A program made the position numbers and the translations under genes. A stretch of 64,000 nucleotides of DNA from positions 36,084,001-36,148,000 of the forward strand of contig JBHGNT010000001.1 in the NCBI GenBank assembly GCA_043228905.1, written 5' to 3'. Within the stretch, counting starts at the first letter, position 1. Each line of letters begins with the position of its first letter. This stretch comes from Azolla caroliniana (lineage: Eukaryota > Plantae > Polypodiophyta). The notes beneath the pieces are model-generated. The model had not been told where the DNA came from. It did not search any database and was given only the letters and a program-made list of their open reading frames with translations. Positions 13,489 through 26,610 of this stretch are shown here, one piece after another.

Positions 13489-14189
13489 TCGCAAGGCTCA
13501 GCCTATAAAAGGACCCATCAGTACAAGATCATGGATGAATATAATGTACCTCTACCAATGAGATAAGTTGGGGGAGGGATTTTGTTCTTTATTTGCCCCA
13601 AACATTGGGAGGAGGGCAGGGGAGAGGGAGGGCTCAATGTAGGGTTTCCAGAAGTTTCCATGGAATATTAGCAAGTTGGGGACAGAAGCATTTCGTAAAT
13701 AAAGAATGGGAAGGAACGATGGATCTTGTGAATTCCGGGTAGTAAAAATTAAAATAGCAAATGGAAGCAAGCGCACAGGCCACGCCACAGGATCGAATCC
13801 CACGCCAAACCCCCAACACAAAATATTTAACAAATCCAGTATATAAGCAAAGAAAATAACTCGTCTTATGGAGGAGGCGTTAGACAATATCTCACCTAAT
13901 CAATAACGTCCCTCGTTTACCACGCATTCCTCTCCTCATCTCTCTCACCATATGATGTATGTATGTATTATATATACATGTGTACCCGTACATCTTTTCA
14001 ATCCTATGCCATTAAGCAAATCCCAGGATCAGAATCAAACCCATTTGTTTGATCGATCGCAGTTACCAAGGATTTGATCCGAAATCAATCGATACACCCA
14101 ACCCCAATCGATTCGATCCTCAGAGACAACCGGGTTAGTTCCGAATTTGCTCTGCTCAAATTGCTCCATCCATCAGGACAAACAGAAGG

Positions 14190-14861
14190 ATGCCTAAGAA
14201 GCATGTAACGATTGGTGACCCTGCCCCCCTAGGGCTCTTCAGCTTCGCCCTCACCACTTTCGTCATCTCGTGCTACAATGCGGGGATCTTCGGGGTCGCC
14301 GCGACAGACCCCATCAACGTTGTGGTGACACTAGGCATCTTCTACGGGGGCGGTGCCCAGGCATTGGCAGGAATGTGGGCATTTGTATGTGGGGACACAT
14401 TCGCCGCCACCGCGTTCACATCTTATGGCGCATTCTGGCTTTCTTATGCCGCCCACTTCATCCCTGCATTCGGAGTTTCGGAGGGCTATTACGAGAACAC
14501 GGCCGATGCTGCCCATGTGCTCGCCCATGCCAAGGCCATCTACTTGTTGGGCTGGACCATCTTCACCTTCATCATGCTTATGGGGAGCATTCGCACCTCA
14601 GTCGCGCTCTGCACCCTCTTCGCCCTCGTGGCGTCCACTTTCACATTTTTGACTGTGGCCGAGTTTGGGCAATGGACGTCGGTGCATCGTGTGGGCGGGT
14701 TCATGGGTATCATAACTGCGGTGGTCGCGTGGTACAACGCACTTGGGGAGCTGCTTCATTGTCAGGAAGACCCTATTTTCAGGCTGCCTCTAGGGAAGCA
14801 TGTGGTTGCCATGGTGGACGGCAGTGACGATGACGACGACCCACATGCTGTAAGTGATTGA
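14190..14861 (+). CDS. GPR1/FUN34/YaaH acetate channel family protein, copy 3, 223 aa, divergently oriented
   Basis: ATG-started intronless ORF with GDPAPLGL and SYGAFW; collinear with copies 1 and 2 but more diverged; acidic tail. Confidence 0.92.
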   Translation: MPKKHVTIGDPAPLGLFSFALTTFVISCYNAGIFGVAATDPINVVVTLGIFYGGGAQALAGMWAFVCGDTFAATAFTSYGAFWLSYAAHFIPAFGVSEGYYENTADAAHVLAHAKAIYLLGWTIFTFIMLMGSIRTSVALCTLFALVASTFTFLTVAEFGQWTSVHRVGGFMGIITAVVAWYNALGELLHCQEDPIFRLPLGKHVVAMVDGSDDDDDPHAVSD

Positions 14862-17800
14862 GTCGTAGTGGTTTATCACAAATTTTGAACGTTCCATCAT
14901 GCCTTTCACCTCGAATGCAGTAATCCGAGTAAAATTGTTGTTTGGTCATGACAAATCTCCGGAATTCGGAGTTTGTTCTAGGCCTATGTTGTAAGGGTTT
15001 AAACCATGGATGTATGTGGCCTATGTTGTAAGGATTTATACCATGGATGTATATAACGCAAATTGGAGAGGTAGTTGGGGGCTCTTCTTTCTAGGGTGCT
15101 ACTAGGATTTTGGTTTTCTTTTTTATTTTGAGCTTGTTTTAGGGTGATATAATGTTGAACTCAATAAGTTTTGTATATAGCCCTAATATATCTAGATTGT
15201 CTCATGTTGCAATGGTACGTGAAAAATGGAAAGAAAAAAGACAACCCATTCTTGCATGTAACTTTGGGAGAACGTTTTTAAACATATTGTTACCTTTTTT
15301 ACAAAATTGGAAGAGCATTTTGCATTCGGGGTTATAGTGTAGCTTGAACAGAATCATAATTCATATTCTACACTTAATAGGTGATGCTTGGTTTGAATTT
15401 CCATCATGTTTATCAATATTGTCACTACCTTTTCTCGGGGTGCTTTTCAACAACTAGTTCAAGGGTATGTGTTCGATTATTAGTTTGGTGAATTGTAATT
15501 CTTCTTATATGTTTAATGGACGTGTGATTCAAAGTTTGACCTTATAATGAGATATATTGTGATCATGATTAACAATATTGTCACTATTTGGGATGGTTTG
15601 AAGGGACGATGTGTTAAAGTATTGTTTTCCTCACCACATGTTAATCATGAGCAAATGCAACGAAATGTATGAAGAGTTTTTGTGTCAAAAAATATTTTCT
15701 ACCATGATACAAATGCAAGGCTTGTAAGTTAGTAGTCACATTAAAAGCCTTCCATGTGAAATCATCCATAGTAGTAAAGACAAGTGACAAACTATTTATT
15801 TATAAGATAACGCCTATGATATGAAACATGTTTTTCTTATGTTATAGTAGCTAAATTTAGTCATAACCATGAACATCAAAATCACGTGACAATTTATAGT
15901 ATAATTCAGCATGCAAATTTTAATAGCCATACTTCCTAGATCCTAGAAGAGAGAACATTTCCAAAAAGAGAACATGACGTATCCCACATATAGTTATGGT
16001 ATATAGAGTTGTTATAACTTATATGTCTTGGCCTCTATCTATATTATTGTACAATAAACTGATCTCCTTGAGTAAAGTGTATGTCAATAAAAATGTGGAT
16101 TGCAACTAATGTACAACCACAATAACAAAGGTAGAAACAAATCAACCATACTATCGTCATTGGGGTCAAATGCAGAATATTTAGGAGCAACTTTTGGCGT
16201 TAAAGAATATTATTGATGATGATTAACATTGCAATTGAGAGTAGACAATGTGGATATGCGAACAATATGTGTATTCATCAAGTCTTCCCGCGTGTGTGCC
16301 AACATGGACGACAATGTGAGTGAGGTTCTGTGGAACCAATCGTGCAATGTTAGACAAAGGGACAAGTCTAGCATGTTTCAGTGGATGTGGTCTATGCATT
16401 CACACAAAAAGATGGTGTTGTAGTTTGGTCCAACATATATGGTATGCATGAATTGTGAGCGTCCACATATTTCCGAAGTTTTCATGATACATTGGCATTG
16501 TAAAGACTATTATGCACCCAAACTTCCTACTTTGCATATCTTTGAGCACACTTTTGGTGAGTATGATGGAAGTTAGCCCACGCCAAATTTGGGCAAGAGA
16601 GAATGAGTTTGGGTTGTGATCATTTGGGAACGGAATTAGTCCTTGATAATATCCTAATAGAAAGGTAACAATCTATGTAGTGGTTCAAGCAAGGTTGCAA
16701 ATGGTGATGTAAGAATTTTAGGATTTCATCAAGAAAAGAAGGTGAAATGGGAGAAATAAAAGAAAATCAATTGGTATCACTCTTCAGCTAATGGGAAACT
16801 AAAGGGAAGTAAAAGAAAAGAGGCAAAATAAGAGGGAAGAAAAAACAAGAGGCCACTAGCATGAATGTTCACTTGTCCTTTAGAAAAAAAAATTAGTGGC
16901 CACAAATGGAGTCTAGGTCGATGGAAAAATGAAAATTAATAAAATAAAGCTTGTCAGGATAGCCAATGCAACCACCTCTTTGAACATATAGCCTTGTGAT
17001 GGGTCATCTTCCGAAGCAGTCTTGCATATTTTGCATTCATTTCGAACTCAAATATTTGATTTTGTATGACTTGGATCTATTTACTAGTTTCTTAGGCAAT
17101 TCTAGGAAGTGGATTCAATGGTCCTTTTTAAGTCTTAAGCATGTACTCCATAACTCTCTCCATGGTCGTCGTTATGTGAATGGAACCTAATCGGAATTTA
17201 AGTAAGATGGCATATCTAGAAATTCATTTTAGTGTAGAGTAATTCATTTTAGTGTAGATTGTGAACCCGTTACCTTCCAATTCAAGAGAGACCATCTACT
17301 CAAAAATCCGAAATCATGTTGTAAAACTCTCAAACCATGCATGTGACTGACTATCCAATCTCGATGACACCTAAGTTGGGCTTTTTATGTGTGTTATGAG
17401 AAGCTATATTCATTCAACAAGATAATTTAGGAGAATTTTGATATTTATTCAATTCGCATGGAATGTATATCTTTCTATATAAACTCTTGATAGAAAACAT
17501 AATATTTATTTCAATAGGAGAAGGTATCAAGCTACCAAATTTGTATCTCCAAATTTCAAAGATAAACAATCCAAATGACACGCTTCTTTTCTTAAGTCAT
17601 AAGAGCAAATTGCCATATGTGATGACAACTTGGATGATGAAAGGCCTTTGAAATTAAAGGATTAGGAAGGACAAATACTTTTGTTACCATGACGTATTAA
17701 GCTACATGAGAAATTGACATTTCGAAGAACAAGAATCATGAATTTGAATGGCCTTAGCTTGGCAATGCATTTTGACATGATGGAATATTGGCAACAAGGA

Positions 17801-18189
17801 CAAAAATTCACCATTTTTTGACAAATAATGCATCCAAAATCAAACACGCTTGCGAAATCAATAAACATTAGCCTTAAGAAAGGCCTTGTTTAAAACTATA
17901 ATCCAAAAACAAGTCATCCACATTGACACGATGACACTAAAGTAATAGCCAAAAAGAGAATAATAACAAACACTAAATTGACTTGAAAGGATGAGAACCA
18001 ATGGAGTCTAATTCTAGAAATACACATTTTTCATGTGTACATTGATATGAATGACATTCTTTATTGCATAAAAAAGCATGCTATTTGAAATGTTCAAACT
18101 TGGAAATTTATGACACTCATCAATATACTTCATTTATCTTTATGAATATCAAATGATGGTTCAGTGCCATGACATCAAAAGAATGAAGT

Positions 18190-18190
<1 letters not shown>

Positions 18191-18237
<47 letters not shown>
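18191..18237. repeat. Compound (TA)n(GA)n microsatellite; others at 2109-2139 (T), 3150-3179 (ATTG), 25336-25383 (GA), 60267-60303 (CA)
   Basis: Read directly from the sequence. Confidence 0.95.
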
Positions 18238-18238
<1 letters not shown>

Positions 18239-21200
18239 AAGAGTACATGTGTGAATCAGGTGAATTAATATATTGAGTTTTTCTCTTGGGGGTTTGTCTT
18301 AAGTTCTACATAGATATAATCATATACATAAGTGATACGGTTGTCATTTAATACAAGGATTCTATAAAAAGTTCATTCATGTTGTAGAGTTTCCACGAAA
18401 GTTGACGAGTTTATAAGCACTTATATGTTTTCTAGGTATTATTTCTTGCTTCCAACATGTAGGCATTATGTTGAATATGATTTTTGTTGGATTTAAAAGA
18501 ATGGCTTTTCTACATAACGACATGATTTAATATAGGTCCTAGTTCGAAAATTATGGTAAGTACGATTTATATGTGTTTCCAATTAATTTGTTAAAGAGAA
18601 TTGGGATATTATCTTTCACCCATAGGGCCAAACCAACTTGACAATTTATGTGTTTTTCTAATTAATTTGTTACAGAGAATTGAGATATTATCTTCACCTA
18701 TAGGGCCAACACAACTTGATCGAAGTAGCGAAAACACCATATACCATATGGTTCCAAAACGAAACTACCAAAGTTGCTTGTTGGTTTTGAAAACAACTTT
18801 AGGTGAGACATAGAAAAACAAGCACAAAGAGGAACCAATGAAGTATTATAATATAGAACTCGGCAACACAAAGCATGGAGACACGATTGTTATTGTCATT
18901 TGACCACACTACAACTGGGACTAGTATGTAATAGGACTAGTCTACTTCATCATAAAAGGATTAAGATTGTCAAATCAAGAGATTTAATTGGCTTGAATGT
19001 AAATTAAACCTCCAAGTGATTGGTACTACTAAAGAGACAAGTCGAGTAAACATATCAAAGCTTTTGGATGGCACCTGTAAAGTGTTGACAAATAGCCTAT
19101 GCTTAACAAGCGAGTGAGGTGCATTAGCTAAATCTACAACTATCCATTTGGCTATTTATTGAAATCAAGCACCAATGATGAAATTTCTTTCTTTCTTTTT
19201 AAAGATTTTCTTCAATAGTATTAAGGAAAAAAAGCCCGAAGGCTACAACTTGAACCTAGCCGCCCGGGAGGTTACAAGGTCTTATATACAATGATGTAAA
19301 ATAATCCTAGGACCAAATATCAAACTCTGTGGAAGGTGTTGAAATTTGTTGATATTCAAGAAAGAGTCTGTGGAAGTCGATAGTGCCATTGAGGTTCTTG
19401 AGTTGACATTGTAAACATGGGCAACATTTTCCATAAGTGAAGAAGCTTTTTCCTTCTCTTGTTCACAGTGTATGGGGAACCATTCATATTATCATACTGG
19501 CCACGGACTACTCCCAACAAGTTCTCCCATATCTCAAGCAACACATTTGAGAGATGAATGTTTGTTGCATCATAAAGTCGGTTACATTGACATTTCCATA
19601 ATGCCTATAACATTATTGTGGTTACTATTTTCCAAATCTAGATAGATCACACCTGCTTTCGAGGTTTACTAAAAGAGACTAACTAATATCAATCTTCTAT
19701 TATGTACTAGCATTGCCTCATGAACATCGTTTGCCTCATACAACATCAAGCTAGAATGTACACTCCCCACATCGTTGATCCCCATGAGAATAGGCAACCG
19801 CCATTGATTGTTAGGAATAAAGACATGACTTTATTCCATACTTGTCGAGTGATGGGACAATACCATAGGACATGCTTGGTAGTCTCCTGAGCTTCATGGC
19901 AAAAGCCACATTGCCGCAAATTGGGTGCTACATTCCCTTTCAATGAATGACCAACTGGTAGTGCCATATGCACTAATAGCCATCGAAAGAGAATAAATTT
20001 AGTTGGCCCCTTAAATGACCTGATCCATTTCCATTAGGTTCTCAAATGCAAAGTTGAGACACCTCAGTAGGTCCAATGTTTCTGAGTTGTTGGTATCGTT
20101 ACATTCCGAGAGAGCAGTAATGATCTTCCAAGTTTTACTGAGTACTGAAAGAAGGGGACCTTTACGATCATTTCCCCCAAGGAGTGACCAAAGCCAACCC
20201 CTCAAATCCTGTGTCAATCTTGCAACAGGGTCTTTTGCGTATGACCACAGGATCTCACACATATGAGCAACTGAAGGATAAGGATCAAGCATCCACTTCT
20301 TTCTAGTTTTAGCAACCACTCTGATTGCTGCACTTTGCAAGTCATGTAGATAACTTCAATCAAAGGTATAAGATTGCAATTTGCAACCTATTGTTGTCTA
20401 GGACCTCAAAATAAGAAACGTACCCGCTAACTTAGTTGAACACCCTTAACATCCATCAATGTATCATTTGTGAGCATCCAAACCATAGATGTTCCTGCTT
20501 GGGTTGGAAGGTTGTAGAAAGCGAAGAATTTTTTGAGTTGATATGTTAGTAGTCATTATCTTGACACCCTAAACTAATTGTAGATGTGTAAGACGATCTT
20601 CTTGACATGGCATTTGCTGAAATTGAGTCCAAGTTCTTACAAAGTAGTTGGCCCATTATCCAATTTACCCCAAGCAAGGCGAGTTTGCATGCCCAACACT
20701 TTTTTTACATTATCCCGAAATAGAGAATTGGCAAGAAGAGGTCGATTAAGTAATGCGTCTCACGTAAAAGCTTTGTCCTTAAGCAAAAATGATTTAATTG
20801 CATCCCATGCTCTTATTATTCCTAGCAAAAATATATTGGATGCAAGATTCCTCCTTGGTGTTTTCATATCATTCAAGAACAGCCACTTTAGAGAGGGTGA
20901 CCACACTCCTCCTATCTTAGGAGTTAACGACATTAACTTATTTAGAAATATTCCTTTCCAAGCTTTTGATCCTAGCAACAATCCTTTGATCACAAACTTA
21001 GTCAAGAGAGCTCTTGACTACATCAAAGGATCTATGAAACCCCACCCTCCATAATTATTTGATTTTAGGTTGAATCAACACATTCCAAGCAACTTTGGCT
21101 ACTGTAGGAGAGCCATGCCCCCCCTCCCCCAAAGGAAATTACGGATTGAGCTTTGCACTTTCGTTATTGTTGATCTAGAAAATAACCACACAGATGCTAT

Positions 21201-21746
21201 AAACTACATTGATGCCAACAATATTGTGTTTGCTACTACAACCCGACCTGCAAAAGACAATTGTTGGGCATCCCAATATAGTAATTTACGTTTTATTGAT
21301 AATAGTAACGGAGATAACATTGCTTTTGGCCTTAAATCTATTCCAACCATACATCCCAAATATCGAATTGGTTCACCATGATGAAGCCATCGGAAAGCAG
21401 GACCTAGATACCACGCATGGTGAGTTTTTGTACCCACACAAAGGCCAACTGACTTATTCCAGTTAAGTGATGCACATGTAGCATCTGAGAAAACCTGCAA
21501 AGCATTTTGTACCCGGCCAAGATTACCAATCTCCCCGTCAACATATAGGCAATATCATCTACAAACTCAACATCCACTATAGTGGATTGTAATAGGTAAT
21601 ATTACGCCTTCGATACCAGTCATTGACGATCTTAGGTAGGAGGACAGCTTCCCCAAACAAGATAAAAAGAAATGGGGCAAGAGGGCATCCTTGCCTAATA
21701 GACTCAGATATAGTAAATAATGGCCCATATTCTCCAACGAACAAAA

Positions 21747-22018
21747 TGACGGGAACTCAACGCTCCTTATGTCCAACGCTCGGCCACAACCGAGCGTCTT
21801 TTCATACATAGAAAAACGGGAAACAAATGCACGACACAAAGGAGAGAAATTACACAGGAGGTTTACGTGGAAAACCCCAAACTAGGGGAAAAACCACGGC
21901 AGCCCACAGGCTGCAAACTGTCACTATGTAGTAATGTACAAAATAGTGAGTTCACAGAGGCAACGACCTCGTGCTCACGATCTTCGCCACAGGCGGCGGT
22001 TACAACAGAGGCAACGAC

Positions 22019-22050
<32 letters not shown>

Positions 22051-22559
22051 GTACACAGTTACGCGCTCTCTCTATTCTTGCACCAACAAGAATGACAACA
22101 ACTCACTAAAGGTTTGCCCTAAGTCATATTTATACTAATATGACTTTTCGGCTATTTACAAATATAGCCTCGATGGGCTCACAGAAACATATTTGCGAAT
22201 ATGTCTCTTCCTCCGGTTCTCACCGGGTCTGCGTCATCCGGCTCTCCGTAGCCGGGTGCTCCTCATCCGGTTCTCACCGGGCCTGCACCATCCGGCTCTC
22301 CGTAGCCGGGTACTCCTCATCCGGTTCACACCGGGTCTGCACCATCCGGCTCTCCGTAGCCGGGTACTCCTCATCCGGTTCTCACCGGGCCTGCACCATC
22401 CGGCTCTCCGTAGTCGGGTACTCCTCATCCGGTTCACACCGGGTCTGCACCATCCGGCTCTCCGTAGTCGGGTACTCCTCTTCCGGTTTCGGCCTCGGCC
22501 GAGATTGTTCGTCGGCACTGTCTTCTCCCTTCCCATCCGGAGGGACCTGTCTCCCAACA
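21747..22559 (-). mobile_element. Ty1/copia solo LTR (813 bp) inserted in the LINE RT
   Basis: TG...CA ends with perfect TSD CAAAA (21742-21746, 22560-22564). Shares blocks with the E LTR (CTCGGCCACAACCGAG, TTTACGTGGAAAACCC, CCATCCGGAGGGACC). Removing it restores the frame HASSLVL-FVGEYGPLF...RQGCPLAP. Confidence 0.93.
22208..22490. repeat. About 5 x 54-bp tandem repeat in the U3 region of the solo LTR
   Basis: Unit CCTCATCCGGTTCTCACCGGGCCTGCACCATCCGGCTCTCCGTAGCCGGGTACT; explains the 18-aa periodicity of the overlapping ORFs. Confidence 0.9.
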
Positions 22560-25333
22560 CAAAACTAAACTAGAAGCATGCCTGTAAAGGGCAAAAATAC
22601 CTTTTATCCATGTGGCGAGAAGACCTAATCTTGACAGCAATGCCTCAAGAAAGTCCCAATCCACCTTATCATATGCCTTCTCAAAGTCAAGCAAAAGTCA
22701 AGCAATAATATTGCAAACTGTTGTTTACCTTGCTAAGCTAATGCAACCATTTCCCAGAACAAAAAGATATTATCAAAAATACTTCTATATTGCAGAAAAC
22801 CAGATTGTGTGTCATGCATAATAGACGGCAATACATATCATAGTCTAATAGAAATAGTTTTTACCACAATCTTATACACGACATTAAGCAATATTATTGG
22901 CCGCCACTTGGAGACTTCATCACACTAAGCATCCGACTTAGGAATCATATATATGATCCCTTCCATCCATTCCACTGGCATATTACTACTTGCGAATATT
23001 AAATTAATTGCTCTAGTAAGGAGAGAACCAAGAAAGTCCCAATAATGCAAATAGAAGCCAATTCCTATTCCATCTTTTCCCAGACAAACATCCTTACCTA
23101 AGGATTAAGCTACAACAAAAGCCTCCTAAGATGTAAATGGTTGTAATAACTAAGAGGCTATTACATCTATAATCTTCTATTGAACAATTGCAAGAACAAC
23201 TTGTTTCTTGTAAAAACTGTCTGTCATAAGAGATTCAGCAAACAATAACTAATGATAATAATCCGAGATTCTACTTCGCATCTCAGAGTCATCTATTGTA
23301 TAGGATCCATCAAGCTGCTTCAAAGAAGCAATAGAAAGAGGTCTAGGTTTTTGTTTAAACTGATTGAAGAATTCTTTATTGACTCGATCCTATCTTTGCG
23401 ACCGAGCAACATTATGGTAGTAAAAGAACATCGAGCGTGCCTCTTGTTTTTCCCTTACATTGCTTTTTACTTGTTGCAAATCACAACATAGCATAGATGA
23501 AGTTCGATATCTTTCCAACAATTGTTGTAATGTTGCAAGAGCACGACACAGGTTGGCAATTTCTGAATTGCAGTGATAAAAAGACACGGAAATTATTTTT
23601 GTGAATAGAATCTTTGTATCGAGTATGGCATGAACCATATTCCTAAGCAGACAATCATCCGAGAAATTGTCATTTGACCATATCTGAGTGATTGCCATCT
23701 GATGACTATTTTCATATAGCAATGCAGGAGGGATACGCAACTGCTTAGAATATCGTCTCTTAGTAAATGTAACATGTAACTTCAAAGGTTCATGGTAAGA
23801 TATAGTTGATCCCCGAATAATTCCTATGGATCCACCCGCCTCCCAAAAAACACTACTAGCATAAAATCTATCTAACTGAGACAAATTTGTAACAACCATA
23901 CTCCCATCTGATCCAGAAAAGTGAAGGGATCCTTGTATACGTGAAAATGAATGCACCTTCCATAAATCAAGTAAACCATATGCAAAACAAAAATAGTCTT
24001 GGCAACACTTCCCATCCTGAAATTGTAGTAGTTATACCTCCCATTCTATTAGCGGCATCCTCAATCATATTAAAGTCATCTCCCATCAACCAACAATCCA
24101 CTAAACTCGCATAATTAGAAAGAGATTGCCATAAACATGTCATTTCTGACGCAGAATTAGGGGCATAGAGATTCATAAGGCCAACCTTCTAAGATCTTAT
24201 TTTTACAATAACGAATTGTGCTCGTTTATTCATTATAGTAGCGGTTGACATTATGATAGATTGCAAATGTTGTTTAAGACCATTGCATAATCCAACCTAG
24301 CGGCCAGTGGGGCCAAAGGCAAGAACCCAGAAATGAGTCCACCGTCCTGGTAAAATAGATCCATACTTCTGAATCCTACCCATGCATAGGTGATGCTCTT
24401 GTAAAAAAAGAATATCAATAGTACCTACATTAGCAATACCTAAATCCGAGTGCAAGGGTCCTTTAAATCTGCGAAAAGGTTGACCACCTAGGCCTTGCAC
24501 ATTCCACGAAAGAAGATGTAAGGTGTCCATCTTACACAGATTTTATTGGACCATGTCCTTTTCTCAAGAAGAGGATCCTGACAACCTTTCTAAGCACCCT
24601 CCGGAGCTCTTGCTTGTCTTTTTAAAAGCAGATAGTTCCCTGCATACTTATGCATCCTATGATCCTTAACTTGCTTTTGAGGGGTTTGAAGTGTCAGGTT
24701 ATCTTGTCCAATGATCAAGTTTCTCCACCAATTTCAGTTGATTTGAGTAGTTGTTACGCCTCATCCAATCCAATGAAATAGATATACAAATACCCATGAA
24801 CTAACCAATTGAAAAGAGTTACCCAAGTGCAAATTTGGGTGAGGTTGATACAATCCATTAGAGAAGCTAAGTTTAGTCATGCATTTGATTCACTTGGCTA
24901 GATTATCCTTGAGGAGCTTATTTGCTGCAGACAATGTGCTCGAGAGACTCGTTAAAGCTAACTAAATGTTGTGCTTGAATGCCTCATTACCCTCTCGACA
25001 AATAGCCAGAATATATCGACTAGAAGTCCTTCTACATTAGCCCTCTCAACTAGATAGAGTGGATTGAATAGGACTCCCATGTACATTCACCGTATCAATA
25101 CCTATAAGTAGGACTAGAAGATAATGCCTATAAGTAGGACTAGTAGATCAGATCCATATACATTTACCAAACCTTCCCCTCTTAAAACTACCACAAATAG
25201 TTAGGCTCCATTGGCATGGATGAAACCCCACCTACAATCAAGTCAAGGTCATGTAAGACTACATTGATTGATCAGAGCAAATTTTCTCCGTGCACATTCA
25301 CAATTCAGGAGACAATTCAGTGTATATATATAC

Positions 25334-25387
<54 letters not shown>

Positions 25388-25467
25388 TGGATAAAAGAAA
25401 TGTTTGTAAAACCTATGTTCTGGATATGTATGTAAATTATGTACACAAATGTTTATAAAACAAATTG

Positions 25468-26610
25468 CTACTTGTACAAAGGCTCATGGTGATCATCCCC
25501 ACTAGGCATGGATGGCGCGGACGAAGGGAAGAAATTCGCAGTAGTGTTGGGTGGCGGGCGGGGAGGAAGGCCGGGCGAATACAGGTGCCGCGAGTTCACA
25601 ATGTTGTTAGCTGATACCGGGTTCTTCTCGATCCAACCATAAGCTGCGGGCGAAAGAATGGGGAGATCGCAGATGTCAAACCCAGGAGAGGTCATGTGAG
25701 ATAAACCGAGCCCGGGCGACGGTAGTGGCGAACTAACAGTATACCATGGCGGCGAACTAACAGTATACCATGGCGGACGAGGCAAAAGGCCATCTCCTAC
25801 TGGTCCCGGTCCCAGTCCTGGCCTCAAGGTGGTCAAGGACAAGGACGATGCTGGAACTCGGGGGGAGGGGAGGATTCCTCTTCCTAATGCCGACGGATTG
25901 TTAGGTTCCTGAGGGGTTGGTATGATGCCCTTGGGAGATGCAAGCGGTGTGAAGCTTCGGGGTGTGGGGTAATCGAAACCGAAAGTAGATGGCGATGAGA
26001 CAAATATGGCCGAAGGCGAGAAGTCGAAGACAGAGGGAGACAGAAGGGGGTGGGGATGGTCCCGAGGGGTGGCCACCGATGGACCCGCACCGATTTCTGT
26101 ACGAGGATTGGGGTAAAGTGGTCTGGGCGCGAGGAGCGGGGCTGGGCCCGGGCCCAGGGCCGAGGGGTGGGGAGCCATGGATGCCGATGAATTCTGGTTC
26201 GATCGATCATAGGAGGCCGACCGTGACTGATTGTGATCATCCCCGCTACTCATATGTCCGGTCGTGGCACCTGGTAATCTGAACCCAACCCTGGCTCGTT
26301 TGAATGCTGGGGGCAACGACAGGTCATGATCGCTCGCCGTGCCCGGCCCAGTTAATCTCTGCACAATCTGTCTAAAATTCAGGGTATCAGCTTGTATTAT
26401 CTCTGGCGAGTATGTGTGGATGATGACAGGCTGCCTAAAATGAGGATGAGGGTTAAGGCTATGGTTAGGGTTAGGGTTAGGATTCGGATTAGGATTAAGG
26501 TTGGGATTAGGATTAGGATGATTATGAAGGTTGTGATTAGGGTTAGGGTTAGAATGCTTAAGTATCTTCAATGGAGGTGGCCTTTCTCTATGCAAATCTC
26601 TCTTCCTCAT
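25468..26610 (-). CDS. VQ-motif-containing protein (380 aa, intronless)
   Basis: PVIIHTYSPEIIQADTLNFRQIVQRLTG contains FxxxVQxLTG; upstream RPPPLKI box; Pro/Ser-rich C-terminus with many SP/TP sites; TATA-like TATAAA region about 80 bp upstream. Confidence 0.9.
   Translation of the reverse strand: MRKRDLHRERPPPLKILKHSNPNPNHNLHNHPNPNPNLNPNPNPNPNPNHSLNPHPHFRQPVIIHTYSPEIIQADTLNFRQIVQRLTGPGTASDHDLSLPPAFKRARVGFRLPGATTGHMSSGDDHNQSRSASYDRSNQNSSASMAPHPSALGPGPAPLLAPRPLYPNPRTEIGAGPSVATPRDHPHPLLSPSVFDFSPSAIFVSSPSTFGFDYPTPRSFTPLASPKGIIPTPQEPNNPSALGRGILPSPRVPASSLSLTTLRPGLGPGPVGDGLLPRPPWYTVSSPPWYTVSSPLPSPGLGLSHMTSPGFDICDLPILSPAAYGWIEKNPVSANNIVNSRHLYSPGLPPRPPPNTTANFFPSSAPSMPSGDDHHEPLYK

Larger units (their letters stand above)
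19189..24707 (-). mobile_element. Decayed, 5'-truncated L1-clade LINE (APE endonuclease - RT - zf-RVT), interrupted by a solo LTR
   Basis: Minus-strand fragments in order: LSWNVQGL, NLYAPN, GDDFN, LDRFY, LDFEKAYDKVDW, RQGCPLAP, LSFAGRVVVAN, CGFCHEAQETTKHVLWYCP. A-rich tail near 19190; degenerate 17-bp TSD CCAATGATGAAATTTCT (19172-19188) / CCAATGATCAAGTTTCT (24708-24724). Confidence 0.9.

Noticed and set aside
2286-14861. Fungal or bacterial contamination as the source of the channel genes
   Set aside because: The genes are interleaved with a plant-type hAT element and a solo LTR related to element E, and are contiguous with plant genes.
15900-17200. Traces of copia RNase H (AEYLGA near 16170) and gypsy-like sequence
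   Set aside because: Too degraded to assign boundaries or family without a search.
22140-22573. Repeat proteins (SSSGSHR... / HHPALRSR...)
   Set aside because: Translations of the 54-bp LTR tandem repeat, open in several frames.
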